Position numbers and translations under genes: made by a program
Shown: positions 8,488 to 18,044 of the stretch, in pieces
Position numbering within the stretch: the stretch's first letter is position 1
Layout: every line of letters begins with the position of its first letter
The notes under the pieces: generated by a model
What the model saw: only the letters and a program-made list of their open reading frames with translations
Told to the model about the DNA's origin: nothing
The model's database searches: none
Virus record (IMG/VR): IMGVR_UViG_3300036453_000012
Span: 1 to 64,000 of that record
DNA length: 64,000 nucleotides
Reading direction: 5' to 3' (one strand)
Source: a virus
Lineage: Duplodnaviria > Caudoviricetes

Positions 8488-8878
8488 GACATCAGAACTG
8501 ATCGGCCCTGCACTTGATTACGCGGTGGCAAAAGCCCTAGGGCTGAAGGTGTCGTACCACGGAAAAACCCACTGGCTTTACGACGACGTGAGGGGGCATG
8601 ACGACTTCCTGATCCCGTCTTATTCTACCGACTGGGCGCAAGGCGGGCCGGTCATCGAGCGGGAGGGTATCTCTTTTCGTAAGTATCACAACCCAGGCAG
8701 ACCTGGGCACGGCAAATACTATGCACAGTTCTGCCTACAATCCGGTTCGATGGTCTCGTGGAGTAAGGAACGCGCATCGACCGGACCAACAGCCTTAATC
8801 TCATCTATGCGCTGCTACGTGGCTTCCGAACTCGGGGGTGAAATCGAAATCCCAGACGAACTAGGAATTATCGTATGA
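8477..8878 (+). CDS. DUF2591/NinX-like phage protein
   Basis: ELIGPALDYAVAKA, YSTDWAQGGPVIEREGI, GPTALISSMRCYVAS; ATG 8477 with GAGGAG SD. Confidence 0.8.
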   Translation: MKIKTSELIGPALDYAVAKALGLKVSYHGKTHWLYDDVRGHDDFLIPSYSTDWAQGGPVIEREGISFRKYHNPGRPGHGKYYAQFCLQSGSMVSWSKERASTGPTALISSMRCYVASELGGEIEIPDELGIIV

Positions 8879-9258
8879 ATAAACAAGAAATTTTTGACAA
8901 AGTCTCCGCTCATCTACTTAAACAAGGACATCGTTCAATGTCCCCGTACCCTTTAAAATGTGATATCGATAATGAGAGGTGTAGTTACCGAGGATCCCAT
9001 GGCGATATGTGCGCAATAGGATGTCTCATACCCGATGAGTTATATAGTACTAATATGGAGGGTAAATCTATTTGTGGACTAGCTCTACCAGGTAACCCTT
9101 TTAACTTACCAGAGTTTTTCTACTCTGAAAATCATATTCTTAATGATTTACAAGTTGCGCATGATGATCCTATGTGGAAGTCTATTGTTGGGCTAACCTA
9201 TGCGTTAAATAGGGTTGCAACAGACCATGATCTAACCCCTTACTCACCTACCCCATAG
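8875..9258 (+). CDS. Small phage protein, paralog of 8110..8487
   Basis: QEIFDKVSAHLLKQG...CSYRG...MCAIGCLIPDELY...MEGK. Confidence 0.75.
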   Translation: MNKQEIFDKVSAHLLKQGHRSMSPYPLKCDIDNERCSYRGSHGDMCAIGCLIPDELYSTNMEGKSICGLALPGNPFNLPEFFYSENHILNDLQVAHDDPMWKSIVGLTYALNRVATDHDLTPYSPTP

Positions 9259-10369
9259 CAACACCTGCAGAGGTCACATTAACAAAGTGGCCTCCTGCAG
9301 TGGAATAGACTCCCTCTCCTGTAACTTTATGTTCTGATCCTCCTTTAGTTAACTGTATACCCGTACTACTTAACTTGACTACCGATCCGCTAAATACTGC
9401 CTGAATACCTGTATCGTCTAGATTGACTGTAGGGTTTCCATTTTTACTTAAATTAATTTGAGTAGCGTTAATCTTAATAACATTAACGTCGTTATAGGTT
9501 AGGGTTAACTCTCCGTTGGTATTTTTTATCCGGGTAAACACAGATCCATCTGAGTTCAGTACTACAAGATCATGAGTCCCGTCTAGACTTAGAACACGTC
9601 TTAGAAGCTCCTTAGAGGCACCTCCACTGCCTTCGGATACCTGTTCCTTATACACTCTTGCATCCTCTGCCGGAAACGTCTCTAAGAGGCTGTACTGAGT
9701 TCTAGCTGCTTCCGCTAATGCTACGTCTCCGATATACTGGTGATATTTATAGTTCTCCACCTTAGATTCTGCAAAGTTTTTAGCAAAGCCCGAGTAGCTA
9801 TAAACTCTGCCTTTTATATTTTTAATAACCACGGAAGACAGATCGGTGAAATGCTCGTAGTTGCGAGACACAATTCTAACTACGTCATCCCATTTACAGA
9901 TAAGTATCTCTGATAGACGAGAGCTGCGTAAAAGCAAAGATCCCCCCCTGAGCACCGCAAGCAGACCCCCACCTTGACTGGCAATAATTCGATCTCCTAG
10001 GAGCATATCTTTAGGAGCATTTTGATCCGGGACTACACTTACTCCAGCAGAACTAAAGTTACCAGTATCTATTAGTACCTCCCCCGCATCTATCTTTGTG
10101 GGAAAGGTATTCTCATCATTCTGGAGACGAGGTAGGAAGCCCTCTATCATAGCGTAGCCAAGCCCCGTATGAACTTTGACCCTGTCCCCTAGGTGGGGGG
10201 TAGTACGATCCCCTGCGCGTGATGATCCTCCTGAGGGCTGAAGCCACGCCACCGCGTTAAGGTTCTGACCAGAGAGAGTTTTTACTTTACACAGGAGGCG
10301 AATAGGATCGACTTCGGTAACAGTACCTTCATCGAAGGAGTAATCTATTTTGGTTGGGTTATTAAACAT
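9248..10369 (-). CDS. Baseplate hub/central spike-like protein (gp5/gp138-type)
   Basis: N-terminal OB-fold-like GTVTEVDP...PHLGDRVKV; C-terminal short beta-strand repeats ending in His-containing tip. Confidence 0.6.
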   Translation of the reverse strand: MFNNPTKIDYSFDEGTVTEVDPIRLLCKVKTLSGQNLNAVAWLQPSGGSSRAGDRTTPHLGDRVKVHTGLGYAMIEGFLPRLQNDENTFPTKIDAGEVLIDTGNFSSAGVSVVPDQNAPKDMLLGDRIIASQGGGLLAVLRGGSLLLRSSRLSEILICKWDDVVRIVSRNYEHFTDLSSVVIKNIKGRVYSYSGFAKNFAESKVENYKYHQYIGDVALAEAARTQYSLLETFPAEDARVYKEQVSEGSGGASKELLRRVLSLDGTHDLVVLNSDGSVFTRIKNTNGELTLTYNDVNVIKINATQINLSKNGNPTVNLDDTGIQAVFSGSVVKLSSTGIQLTKGGSEHKVTGEGVYSTAGGHFVNVTSAGVAMG

Positions 10370-10390
10370 TTTGAATTTTTGTGGTATAAG
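10361..10390 (+). promoter_or_regulatory. Variant phage promoter divergent from the spike gene
   Basis: TGGTATAAGAATA at 10382; upstream element is ATTAA rather than TTCAA. Confidence 0.55.
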
Positions 10391-10449
10391 AATATTGTAA
10401 GCAATGCTATTATTTATATAATCTAATTTTAACTAAACAGGGATAGGGC

Positions 10450-10659
10450 ATGGGTAAAACTAAAGATGTACTTTTAAAGGATAGGTCTTTCTCAGCACCC
10501 ATTTGGGCAAACTATATTACTAGGGACAATAAGGGCTTAATAATAGTTTTTGAAAAAAAACCTGTTTTAAGAATGGGTATGTGGAGCACGGAAGAAGACG
10601 TAGATAGGATGTGCATACTTGGATACGAACTACCTAGTTTTACTTGTCAAGAATGTTAA
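10450..10659 (+). CDS. Small phage protein, paralog of 4229..4438
   Basis: PIWANYITRDNKGLIIVFEKKP. Confidence 0.6.
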   Translation: MGKTKDVLLKDRSFSAPIWANYITRDNKGLIIVFEKKPVLRMGMWSTEEDVDRMCILGYELPSFTCQEC

Positions 10660-10669
10660 GGAATAATCA

Positions 10670-10849
10670 ATGAATAAACTTAGTCAATCCAGAAATAAGC
10701 GAGAAGGTTACTATATGGGTAAAGTTGATAAGGGTCATCAGAAGTACTACACGGCAAAGTATGTACGAGATCCTTATAGGGGAGGGGTTAGTACCTTGTC
10801 CGCTGAGTTTACTATTGCCGTAAGAAACGCTAGTTGGAGTTTTGAATGA
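10670..10849 (+). CDS. 59-aa hypothetical protein (not in ORF track)
   Basis: AAGGA SD; stop overlaps next ATG (ATGA). Confidence 0.55.
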   Translation: MNKLSQSRNKREGYYMGKVDKGHQKYYTAKYVRDPYRGGVSTLSAEFTIAVRNASWSFE

Positions 10850-11619
10850 AACTACAAATCAAAAGTGATCTACACCTGTCAGTGAGCACACCTGACTTTC
10901 GTAACCGAAGCCTACCTAAAGATACTAGCCCCGATCTACAAACCTCATCCGAAGCCGAGGTATTGATTCTAGCTGGAGATATAGTAGAAGACGGGGAGTA
11001 CAATTTATTTAGAAAAGCGTTCTCTGAAATAGAAATTCCTATTATATACGTACCTGGAAACCACGAATATTGGGGCGGAGATATAGACTTGGCATTGAAC
11101 ACTACTAAGCTTGCAACCCGCGATACAAACGTTAGTTTACTAGTTCGTAACTATAAGATAATTTACGATACTATCTTTATAGGCGCTACTTTATGGACGC
11201 CTCTCCTGGGTCTAGGGGGTCGAGAACACTTTAACGGAACCTGGGACATGAGTAAGGTTAGAGGATTGGATCCAGAACGTTGGCAGCGTGAGTTTGAATT
11301 AGATTTTGGTTTTATCAAAGCTACTCTTGAAAATCCTGAGTTTGCCGATCTTAAAAAAGTGGTAATAACTCACCACTTACCTTCTTACAAATCAGTTCCT
11401 GAAAGGTTTAAGAATGATAGATCAAATATATACTTTGCTAGCAATGTTTGTGAGCAACTTATGGAGTCTAATACAGCTCCAGAACTTTGGATTCACGGAC
11501 ACACCCATGACAATTGTGATTATATACACGGGAATACTCGTGTTATCTGTAATCCTTACGGTTATTTCGGGTACGAAATAAATCAGGGGTTTCAACCAGA
11601 GTTGGTTGTGGAGGTGTGA
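10846..11619 (+). CDS. Calcineurin-like metallophosphoesterase
   Basis: SDLH, AGD, PGNHE, THH and HGHTH motifs. Confidence 0.92.
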   Translation: MKLQIKSDLHLSVSTPDFRNRSLPKDTSPDLQTSSEAEVLILAGDIVEDGEYNLFRKAFSEIEIPIIYVPGNHEYWGGDIDLALNTTKLATRDTNVSLLVRNYKIIYDTIFIGATLWTPLLGLGGREHFNGTWDMSKVRGLDPERWQREFELDFGFIKATLENPEFADLKKVVITHHLPSYKSVPERFKNDRSNIYFASNVCEQLMESNTAPELWIHGHTHDNCDYIHGNTRVICNPYGYFGYEINQGFQPELVVEV

Positions 11620-11823
11620 ATGAGTAATACTGATAGAATTATATCTATCACGGTAATATGCGCAATAGGGGTTCTAATATTAGGATTAATTATCGCAGAA
11701 CCCGTACCTGTAAAACCCTACGGCCGGTGCACCTGGGATAAAATTGAGCCTAGACTGTTAGATTCTAAATACGAATCCTACTACTTTGTAAGGTGTACTT
11801 ATACTAGGGAGTTTTACAAGTAG
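11620..11823 (+). CDS. Small membrane-anchored protein
   Basis: N-terminal hydrophobic helix; GGAGG SD. Confidence 0.6.
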   Translation: MSNTDRIISITVICAIGVLILGLIIAEPVPVKPYGRCTWDKIEPRLLDSKYESYYFVRCTYTREFYK

Positions 11824-11826
11824 AAC

Positions 11827-11900
11827 TGGAGCGGGTGAAAGGAATCGAACCTGTGTTTTAAGTTTGGAAAACTTCTGCTCTACCATTGAGCTACACCCGC
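11827..11900 (-). tRNA. trnG: tRNA-Gly (UCC) with encoded CCA
   Basis: Reverse complement reads GCGGGTG acceptor, GCTC D-stem, loop TTTCCAA, TTCGATT T-loop, CACCCGC-T-CCA. Confidence 0.88.
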
Positions 11901-12009
11901 ATTAAAAAAGCCCTGCGTAAGCCGGGCTTCACCTTAGCCTGAAGCAGAGCTCAGCGCTGAAGGATTTGTATATCTATGTTAACCTGAAATTTCTAAACGA
12001 GAGAAAAAA

Positions 12010-13116
12010 ATGACTGATCGTAAACTAGCAACCGTAAGAAAAATTACTGCACTTAATCCTATCTCCGGAGCGGACCGTATTGAAGTAGCTACGGTAGACG
12101 GGTGGCAAGTAGTATGCCAGAAAGGATTGTACGTAGTGGGGGACTACTGCGTATATTGTGAAATTGACTCCTGGATCCCAACAGACATTGCACCCTTCCT
12201 ATCCAATGAAAAAGAACCTAAGGAATACTTAGGAGTAAAAGGAGAGAGGTTGCGTACTATTAAACTCAAGAAACAGATCTCACAGGGTTTGTTACTTCCA
12301 TTATCCGCTTTTCCGGAGATTGAAGTTTATGATAGTTTTTACATTGGAGAAATTGCCTCCTTATTAGTTATTATTAACGAATGTGAATTAGCAGATAACG
12401 ACCTCACCTTACACCTGGGAATAATTAAGTGGGAGCGTTCGTTACATCCTTCTTTGGCTGGAACCGCTCGTGGAAACTTCCCTTCGTTTATCCCTAAGAC
12501 AGATGAAGAACGGGTTCAGAACCTGGATCGTACTCTCGAGGGTTATTTAGACGAAGAGTTTGAAGCCACGATTAAGCTGGATGGTAGCTCTACCACTATG
12601 TACTTTTTACCCGAGGGGAATAAATACCTTAAGGAAGGCGAGGTTGAGCGGTTTGGAGTTTGCAGTCGTAATCTGGACTTGACAGAGACTGATGGTAATG
12701 CTTTCTGGCAGATTGCAAGAGAACTAGACGTAGAGAACAAACTACGTTCCCTGGGAATAGGCGAAGCTTTTGCTATCCAAGGGGAGCTGGTGGGGCCTAG
12801 TATTCAAGGTAACTACGAGAACGTTACTAAGCTAGAATTTTACGTCTATAAAATTTTCGATATCGATAATCAGGTTCAGGTTAGCACGGCGGAGAGACGC
12901 GCTCTTTGTAAAATATTAGGCTTAAAGCAGGTACCTATCTTAGATACTCTTTGGAAGTTCTACGGAACTGATAATGTAGTAAAGCAAGTACTAGACTATG
13001 CCGAAGGCCCTGGTATGAATCTTGGGGTTAAACGAGAAGGAGTTGTATTTAAACATACTAAATCTTCCTTCAGTTTTAAAGGCATCTCTAATAGTTATTT
13101 ACTTGCTGAGAGATGA
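12010..13116 (+). CDS. RNA ligase, DRB0094/Rnl2-like family
   Basis: RKLATVRKI..., ADRIEVATVDGWQVV, FPSFIPKTDEERVQN, KLDGSS, QGE, REGVVFK, SFKGISNSYLL. Confidence 0.9.
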   Translation: MTDRKLATVRKITALNPISGADRIEVATVDGWQVVCQKGLYVVGDYCVYCEIDSWIPTDIAPFLSNEKEPKEYLGVKGERLRTIKLKKQISQGLLLPLSAFPEIEVYDSFYIGEIASLLVIINECELADNDLTLHLGIIKWERSLHPSLAGTARGNFPSFIPKTDEERVQNLDRTLEGYLDEEFEATIKLDGSSTTMYFLPEGNKYLKEGEVERFGVCSRNLDLTETDGNAFWQIARELDVENKLRSLGIGEAFAIQGELVGPSIQGNYENVTKLEFYVYKIFDIDNQVQVSTAERRALCKILGLKQVPILDTLWKFYGTDNVVKQVLDYAEGPGMNLGVKREGVVFKHTKSSFSFKGISNSYLLAER

Positions 13117-13146
13117 TTCAACAATCGTAGTATTTATTGGTATAAG
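13117..13146 (+). promoter_or_regulatory. Phage bipartite promoter
   Basis: TTCAA-N16-TGGTATAAG. Confidence 0.75.
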
Positions 13147-13311
13147 AATAGTACAGGGAAGTAATATCTCTCTGTAATATCCTCTATATGAGGATTTACC
13201 CCCGGTATTACCAACCCGGCAATCGAGCTAATCTGCAGGTTAGTCTGATTGAAGAAGCGGCCACAAATAGCGGACAATAGCCGACCGCAACCCCTAAGAG
13301 ATACCTTGAGA

Positions 13312-13425
13312 AATACCAAGAGCAATACCAAGAGCAATACCAAGAGCAATACCAAGAGCAATACCAAGAGCAATACCAAGAGCAATACCAAGAGCAATAC
13401 CAAGAGCAATACCAAGAGCAATACC
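13312..13425 (+). repeat. Tandem 12-bp repeat AATACCAAGAGC x9 plus partial copy
   Basis: Nine perfect units from 13312, then AATACC; one degenerate unit upstream. Confidence 0.97.
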
Positions 13426-13477
13426 CATGAGAGTGTACGGGACGAAGTATCGACCTACCCTGTAGAAAAAGGAAGAT

Positions 13478-13608
13478 TTGAAAAACCCTGCTAGCACAGA
13501 GGGTTTTTCTTAGTCTAAGAAAGTCAATAACCATAGTACTTATTGGTATAAGAATAGTACAAAGAACTATATCTTTGCAACTAAACCTACCAAGGAAAAA
13601 ATATTATG
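13478..13608 (+). repeat. 131-bp direct repeat copy 1 (terminator + promoter + hairpin + SD + ATG)
   Basis: Identical to 14044..14174. Confidence 0.97.
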
Positions 13609-14043
13609 AAAACAATCGCCAATGTGTTTGACGCAAACTTCGAAGCAGTCACGAAGGTTACTAATTTCAATCCAAGTTGGTATAACGGCACCGGTTATTT
13701 CGACCATGCTGTCAACGGGGGTCCTCACAGCGTAACTCTCGAAGTAGGGGAGATGTCCAAGAGTCTAGCGGCGGGGGATGATGGTCGCAAGTTGATCTTC
13801 GTCGGAACTGACTTGGGGACCATCGTGGTATTCCAACGGTTTACAGATGATTCCGAAAAGATCGTCAGTAACGCTGATCGCCGTTTGGAGCAAAGTGGAT
13901 TGCTAGGCATTGGGAGTCTAATCTCCAGAAGTGACTTGCAGAGAATCCTGGGTAATCCTGAATTCAAGTATATGTTCAAGAATTGTGGGGTGTGGATTCG
14001 GGAATTGAAGAATTTGCTGAGCACTGTTCCCGTCGAAAAGTAA
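13606..14043 (+). CDS. Hypothetical protein bracketed by the 131-bp repeats
   Basis: 145 aa; ATG is the last codon of repeat 1 and the stop abuts repeat 2. Confidence 0.8.
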   Translation: MKTIANVFDANFEAVTKVTNFNPSWYNGTGYFDHAVNGGPHSVTLEVGEMSKSLAAGDDGRKLIFVGTDLGTIVVFQRFTDDSEKIVSNADRRLEQSGLLGIGSLISRSDLQRILGNPEFKYMFKNCGVWIRELKNLLSTVPVEK

Positions 14044-14174
14044 TTGAAAAACCCTGCTAGCACAGAGGGTTTTTCTTAGTCTAAGAAAGTCAATAACCAT
14101 AGTACTTATTGGTATAAGAATAGTACAAAGAACTATATCTTTGCAACTAAACCTACCAAGGAAAAAATATTATG
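14044..14174 (+). repeat. 131-bp direct repeat copy 2
   Basis: Identical to 13478..13608. Confidence 0.97.
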
Positions 14175-14618
14175 TCCGCATTTACTAACGAGCAATTAAT
14201 TAAATTGACGGCACTTGCCAAGGATCTGCTGGCCAATTCAGTCTGCACCACCGGACAGTTCTACGCCAACGACGGTAGCGGGGTGCTGACCTTGAGTGGT
14301 ACCCTGCATGAGGAGGGTGCGATGAGCTACGGACGAAGCCTTCCGGAGTGGATTTTCTTGGGAGAGGCTGCTGCTCAAGAAGATAGAACTCAAGTCAAGG
14401 ACAGAAACCAGGATGAAGAAGTTCGCAGTAAATTGAAAAAGATGGTGAAGTACTTCCGGATATACTCCGATTGCATGGAAAATTGGCATCAGGAAATGCT
14501 TAGTATCTCTCCTGCTCCGGAGGAGCTACTGGTAAAAATGCACTATGCCTCGGCACAGATGGCTCTGGCCGAATATGAAGAACTGAAGAAAGCTTTAATA
14601 ATAAATTTGATTAGATAA
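14172..14618 (+). CDS. Hypothetical protein
   Basis: 148 aa; begins at the repeat-encoded ATG. Confidence 0.8.
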   Translation: MSAFTNEQLIKLTALAKDLLANSVCTTGQFYANDGSGVLTLSGTLHEEGAMSYGRSLPEWIFLGEAAAQEDRTQVKDRNQDEEVRSKLKKMVKYFRIYSDCMENWHQEMLSISPAPEELLVKMHYASAQMALAEYEELKKALIINLIR

Positions 14619-14625
14619 GATTATT

Positions 14626-14660
14626 AAAAATAAGCCTAGATTAACTAGGCTTATTTTTTT
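14626..14660. terminator. Bidirectional terminator
   Basis: AAAAATAAGCCTAG-ATTAA-CTAGGCTTATTTTTTT between convergent genes. Confidence 0.85.
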
Positions 14661-14680
14661 AGTTCAAACTAACTTTATTT

Positions 14681-15349
14681 TTATAGAAATGCAACAGGTA
14701 CGGTACGGTCGTACTGAACTTGAATGTTCTCTTGAACAACAGGTGTTTGACTTGCGATTTGAAAACTATAACCTTCAAACATGCAACTCTCTAAGTAGAT
14801 AGCACTTAATACTTTACCATAGCCATCCGAGCCGCCGTGACGTGTTTTCATTACTAAGAGTAGTCCGAATGGCACTGAGAAGTATTCCGAATCTAGATTC
14901 ATCATAACCTGTGAACCTTCTGCACCTGGAGCGTTACTACCATCAATAGGTTGTAACGGACGATACGCAGCTTGAGATAGTGCAGCTAGAATATTCTTCT
15001 GGTCAGCTAGGATTTTGCTCAGTGATAGTACTGGCGCAGACTTACCTCTAGTGAAGAATGAACGATTTGAACCAATCTCAAATAAACGCATTAGCTGAGA
15101 GTTTTGCTGCAGGCTAATCGAATCTGCCAATCCGATGGGGATCAGATTGCCAATACCCCCACCAGCTAGGCCGGTAAAGCGTGCAGGGCCTGCAAATAGC
15201 ATAGTCGTGTCCGGACTAGCACTAAATCCTGAAAACCGCTCTAGGCCTTCATCTCCTACTTTATCTACGTAGCTTCCTTTATAGTCCCATGAACTAGAAA
15301 ACCCTGCCTCAACTACCGTACCTAATCGGTCGTTATCTTTATCTGCCAT
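14681..15349 (-). CDS. Tail tube protein (probable)
   Basis: 222 aa directly after sheath; RLFEIGSNRSFFTRG and IYLESCMFEGYSFQI beta-rich pattern. Confidence 0.7.
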   Translation of the reverse strand: MADKDNDRLGTVVEAGFSSSWDYKGSYVDKVGDEGLERFSGFSASPDTTMLFAGPARFTGLAGGGIGNLIPIGLADSISLQQNSQLMRLFEIGSNRSFFTRGKSAPVLSLSKILADQKNILAALSQAAYRPLQPIDGSNAPGAEGSQVMMNLDSEYFSVPFGLLLVMKTRHGGSDGYGKVLSAIYLESCMFEGYSFQIASQTPVVQENIQVQYDRTVPVAFL

Positions 15350-15416
15350 TTTATTTATTCCTTAAATTCAAATTATATTTAAAAGAAAGGTCTATTTCTA
15401 GACCCATCCTATCTTT

Positions 15417-18044
15417 TTAGATCACCAAGTAAATATCAGCAAAGTTCAACACGGCTGGCTGTGTGGTGGCCACAACAACTGTAACTCGGTCAATGCTGGT
15501 GGTATTCTGTTCTAGTTTAGTAATCTTGTATTCTAGCAACGGAGCGCCGATACGAGGTAACTTCTTACTCTTCAATAGTTCTGAACCAGACACAATAGTC
15601 TGACGAATAGTATTTAGGGTATCACTGGTAATGTTGTACTTACCGATAAATCCTTTTAACGCATCGTAGTAAAAGTATGATAAGAAATCCCAGTTCTTTA
15701 CTGCTTGAACTTCCCGGTATTGATATACCGACATATCTGTGGTTAGTTCATGACGAACGTAAGGTAGCCCTCCAGCAGTATCTTGGATAAACAGGAAAGT
15801 ACCAGCAGCAGCCATTGCATTTAATTGAGCACGGGTGAAGGTAAAGTTACTGTTAGATAAGTCCGAAATACCTGCAATAGCGATATTGGTCAAACCTTGC
15901 TGAGAAGGGAATCCCGCAACTAGGCCCGCTAGAGCACAAGCTAGGTAATACCCAGGTAGTGCCACTGAACGACCGTTAATGGTGATAACTACAGTATCTG
16001 GCTGTACGTGAACCACGCGGTTAGAACCGAAACTAGTACTCATAGCAGCTACTGCGGCAGCACGTTGAGTCTTGCTTAAAGTACGAGTAACGTAGTAGCT
16101 TACTCCACTAGCAATGGCGGTAGCATCGACTACGACTTGACTATTACTAACAACCGTTAGAATCTGTAGAGTAGTAGTAACCCCACCGTTAACAACGTTT
16201 ACAGTATCGCCTGCTACAGTATTATCACTAATAAAAGTAGCGTTAGAGGCATTAAGTACATACTTACCAGCTATTAAGGTAATGGCGTTATTACCGCTGT
16301 TTACGTTAAGAATAGCCGAGGTATAGCTGCCTACTGGAGCAATGGTAGGGATCTTGGTGTTTACATAAGCTGCGCGCCAAAGAGCATTTTCAGGAGTACT
16401 CATTGACTGTGCGTGTAGACTAAATGCTTGACAAATAGCAGGATCTTGAGTTAACGGAACTAAGCCATATACTCGCTCGGATTCTGCTAAATCTAGTGCA
16501 GCTAAATACCCTGCTTGATCGTTGGAACGAATAGCGATACAGCGTACACGAGTAGTAGTGTTAGCTAGGGCAATTTGGCAACCTAGTGCTAGAGGATTTA
16601 GCTCGTTCACTAGACCAAAGATACCTAGGTTATCGACTTGATCATTTACGGTCTGAATAATACCAGATAGGTCGGTACGTAATGCTTTGTATCCGATATG
16701 GATATTAGCTGAGATAACCTTGCCGTAGATAACTTCCGGACTAGCATTGACAATAAACGTGCCACTGGTGGCGGTAGCCGAAGTATCGTAAGCTGAACCA
16801 CCTGAGATAGGCTTAACACCAGCAATAACTTGGTTATTGAATAGCTTGCGGGTCTTGAATGTCACTCGAGCTTGCTTTTGAACTACGACGGCCCCTGCAG
16901 TAGCGGAGATGGTGGCAGGGCTTAGGCCGGTAACTACAGCACCCGTTAGAGTACCTATGGTAGCGTAATGATCTGTACCATTGGCACCAGCGCCTTTAAT
17001 AGCGATATTGTCTCCGGTAGCAAATCCCGTAGCAGAAACTAGGGTGAATCCTACCGAGCCTGCAGCAACTATCGCAGTGGTAGAAGTACTGGCAGACACT
17101 AATGCAGGGAGCACGTCAGCGATAGTGATGTTCGTGATAGTTCCAGTAGCCGCAATAACATTCACTACGGTACTGGCTTTTATCTGAGCGATAGAATTAG
17201 TATCTACATACTCGATAAGCACCTGATCACCAGACTCGATCATTAGGGTTGAGGTAATAGGGTTAATATTACTAACGTTAATTTTAGTCATAGCAGTACC
17301 TACGACTGCGGTAGTAGCAGCATTCGATAGGGTAACTACAGTACCTGAGATAACTAGAATCTTACCTACTAATACCGACCCTGCAACCCCTGCGCCCAAC
17401 ACTGATACGGTATCGCCTACTGAGTAGTTAAAAGCATTAGTTACAGCCGTTAGCACTGCTGAGCCTGATGCTGAAGTGGCTACTCCGGATGCTGAAGAAT
17501 ACACTATTGCATTTGAACCAGGAAAGCCTGTGAACCCAGTAGAAATAGTTTCTACTAGGGCGTTATTAGCGTATACGACGATAGACGCTGCATCGATAAC
17601 TTGGCCAGGAATTTGCCCAGGTAGAGCAAAAGTGTTACTAACTAGGGGGTTAACTAAAAGACCTTGCTTAGTAACTAGTGCTGTTAGGGAATCTACTGCC
17701 GCCTTAGTATCCAGGGTTAGAGATAATCCTGAAGCCGAAACTACTTTAGCCTGTAGGGTTGTACCTAGCAGAGTAGCTTTAGGGACTAGAACCACGTCTC
17801 CTACTACAAAGGGTGGGGCAGAAGTAAAGTTCAGAACAAAGCTACCTGCCAGAATTGCGGCCACTGCATTAGTCGTGCTAGTAGCTGCAGTTTTAATTAG
17901 TGAGGGAATATCTCCTGCTACGTAACTAATAATTTGGTAAGCGGGGCCGATGATACATGCTTCTAAATCGGGGGTAATGTCAGCAAGACCGCCAGAGTTA
18001 GAAAGTTGTTGGTAGATATTTACGGCGGGGGTGTTATATGCCAT
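15417..18044 (-). CDS. Contractile tail sheath protein
   Basis: PAVNIYQQ N-terminus; C-terminal LPGYYLACALAG...QGLTN, VRHELTT, EVQAVKNWDFL. Confidence 0.88.
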   Translation of the reverse strand: MAYNTPAVNIYQQLSNSGGLADITPDLEACIIGPAYQIISYVAGDIPSLIKTAATSTTNAVAAILAGSFVLNFTSAPPFVVGDVVLVPKATLLGTTLQAKVVSASGLSLTLDTKAAVDSLTALVTKQGLLVNPLVSNTFALPGQIPGQVIDAASIVVYANNALVETISTGFTGFPGSNAIVYSSASGVATSASGSAVLTAVTNAFNYSVGDTVSVLGAGVAGSVLVGKILVISGTVVTLSNAATTAVVGTAMTKINVSNINPITSTLMIESGDQVLIEYVDTNSIAQIKASTVVNVIAATGTITNITIADVLPALVSASTSTTAIVAAGSVGFTLVSATGFATGDNIAIKGAGANGTDHYATIGTLTGAVVTGLSPATISATAGAVVVQKQARVTFKTRKLFNNQVIAGVKPISGGSAYDTSATATSGTFIVNASPEVIYGKVISANIHIGYKALRTDLSGIIQTVNDQVDNLGIFGLVNELNPLALGCQIALANTTTRVRCIAIRSNDQAGYLAALDLAESERVYGLVPLTQDPAICQAFSLHAQSMSTPENALWRAAYVNTKIPTIAPVGSYTSAILNVNSGNNAITLIAGKYVLNASNATFISDNTVAGDTVNVVNGGVTTTLQILTVVSNSQVVVDATAIASGVSYYVTRTLSKTQRAAAVAAMSTSFGSNRVVHVQPDTVVITINGRSVALPGYYLACALAGLVAGFPSQQGLTNIAIAGISDLSNSNFTFTRAQLNAMAAAGTFLFIQDTAGGLPYVRHELTTDMSVYQYREVQAVKNWDFLSYFYYDALKGFIGKYNITSDTLNTIRQTIVSGSELLKSKKLPRIGAPLLEYKITKLEQNTTSIDRVTVVVATTQPAVLNFADIYLVI

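Noticed and set aside
13134-13534. ORFs with (LLLV)n, (YCSW)n, (GIAL)n or (NTKS)n repeats
   Set aside because: These are frame artefacts of the tandem repeat with no supporting SD. The (NTKS)n frame cannot be fully excluded.
13312-14174. CRISPR array
   Set aside because: The 12-bp units are head-to-tail with no spacers, the 131-bp repeat has two copies around a gene, and there are no cas genes
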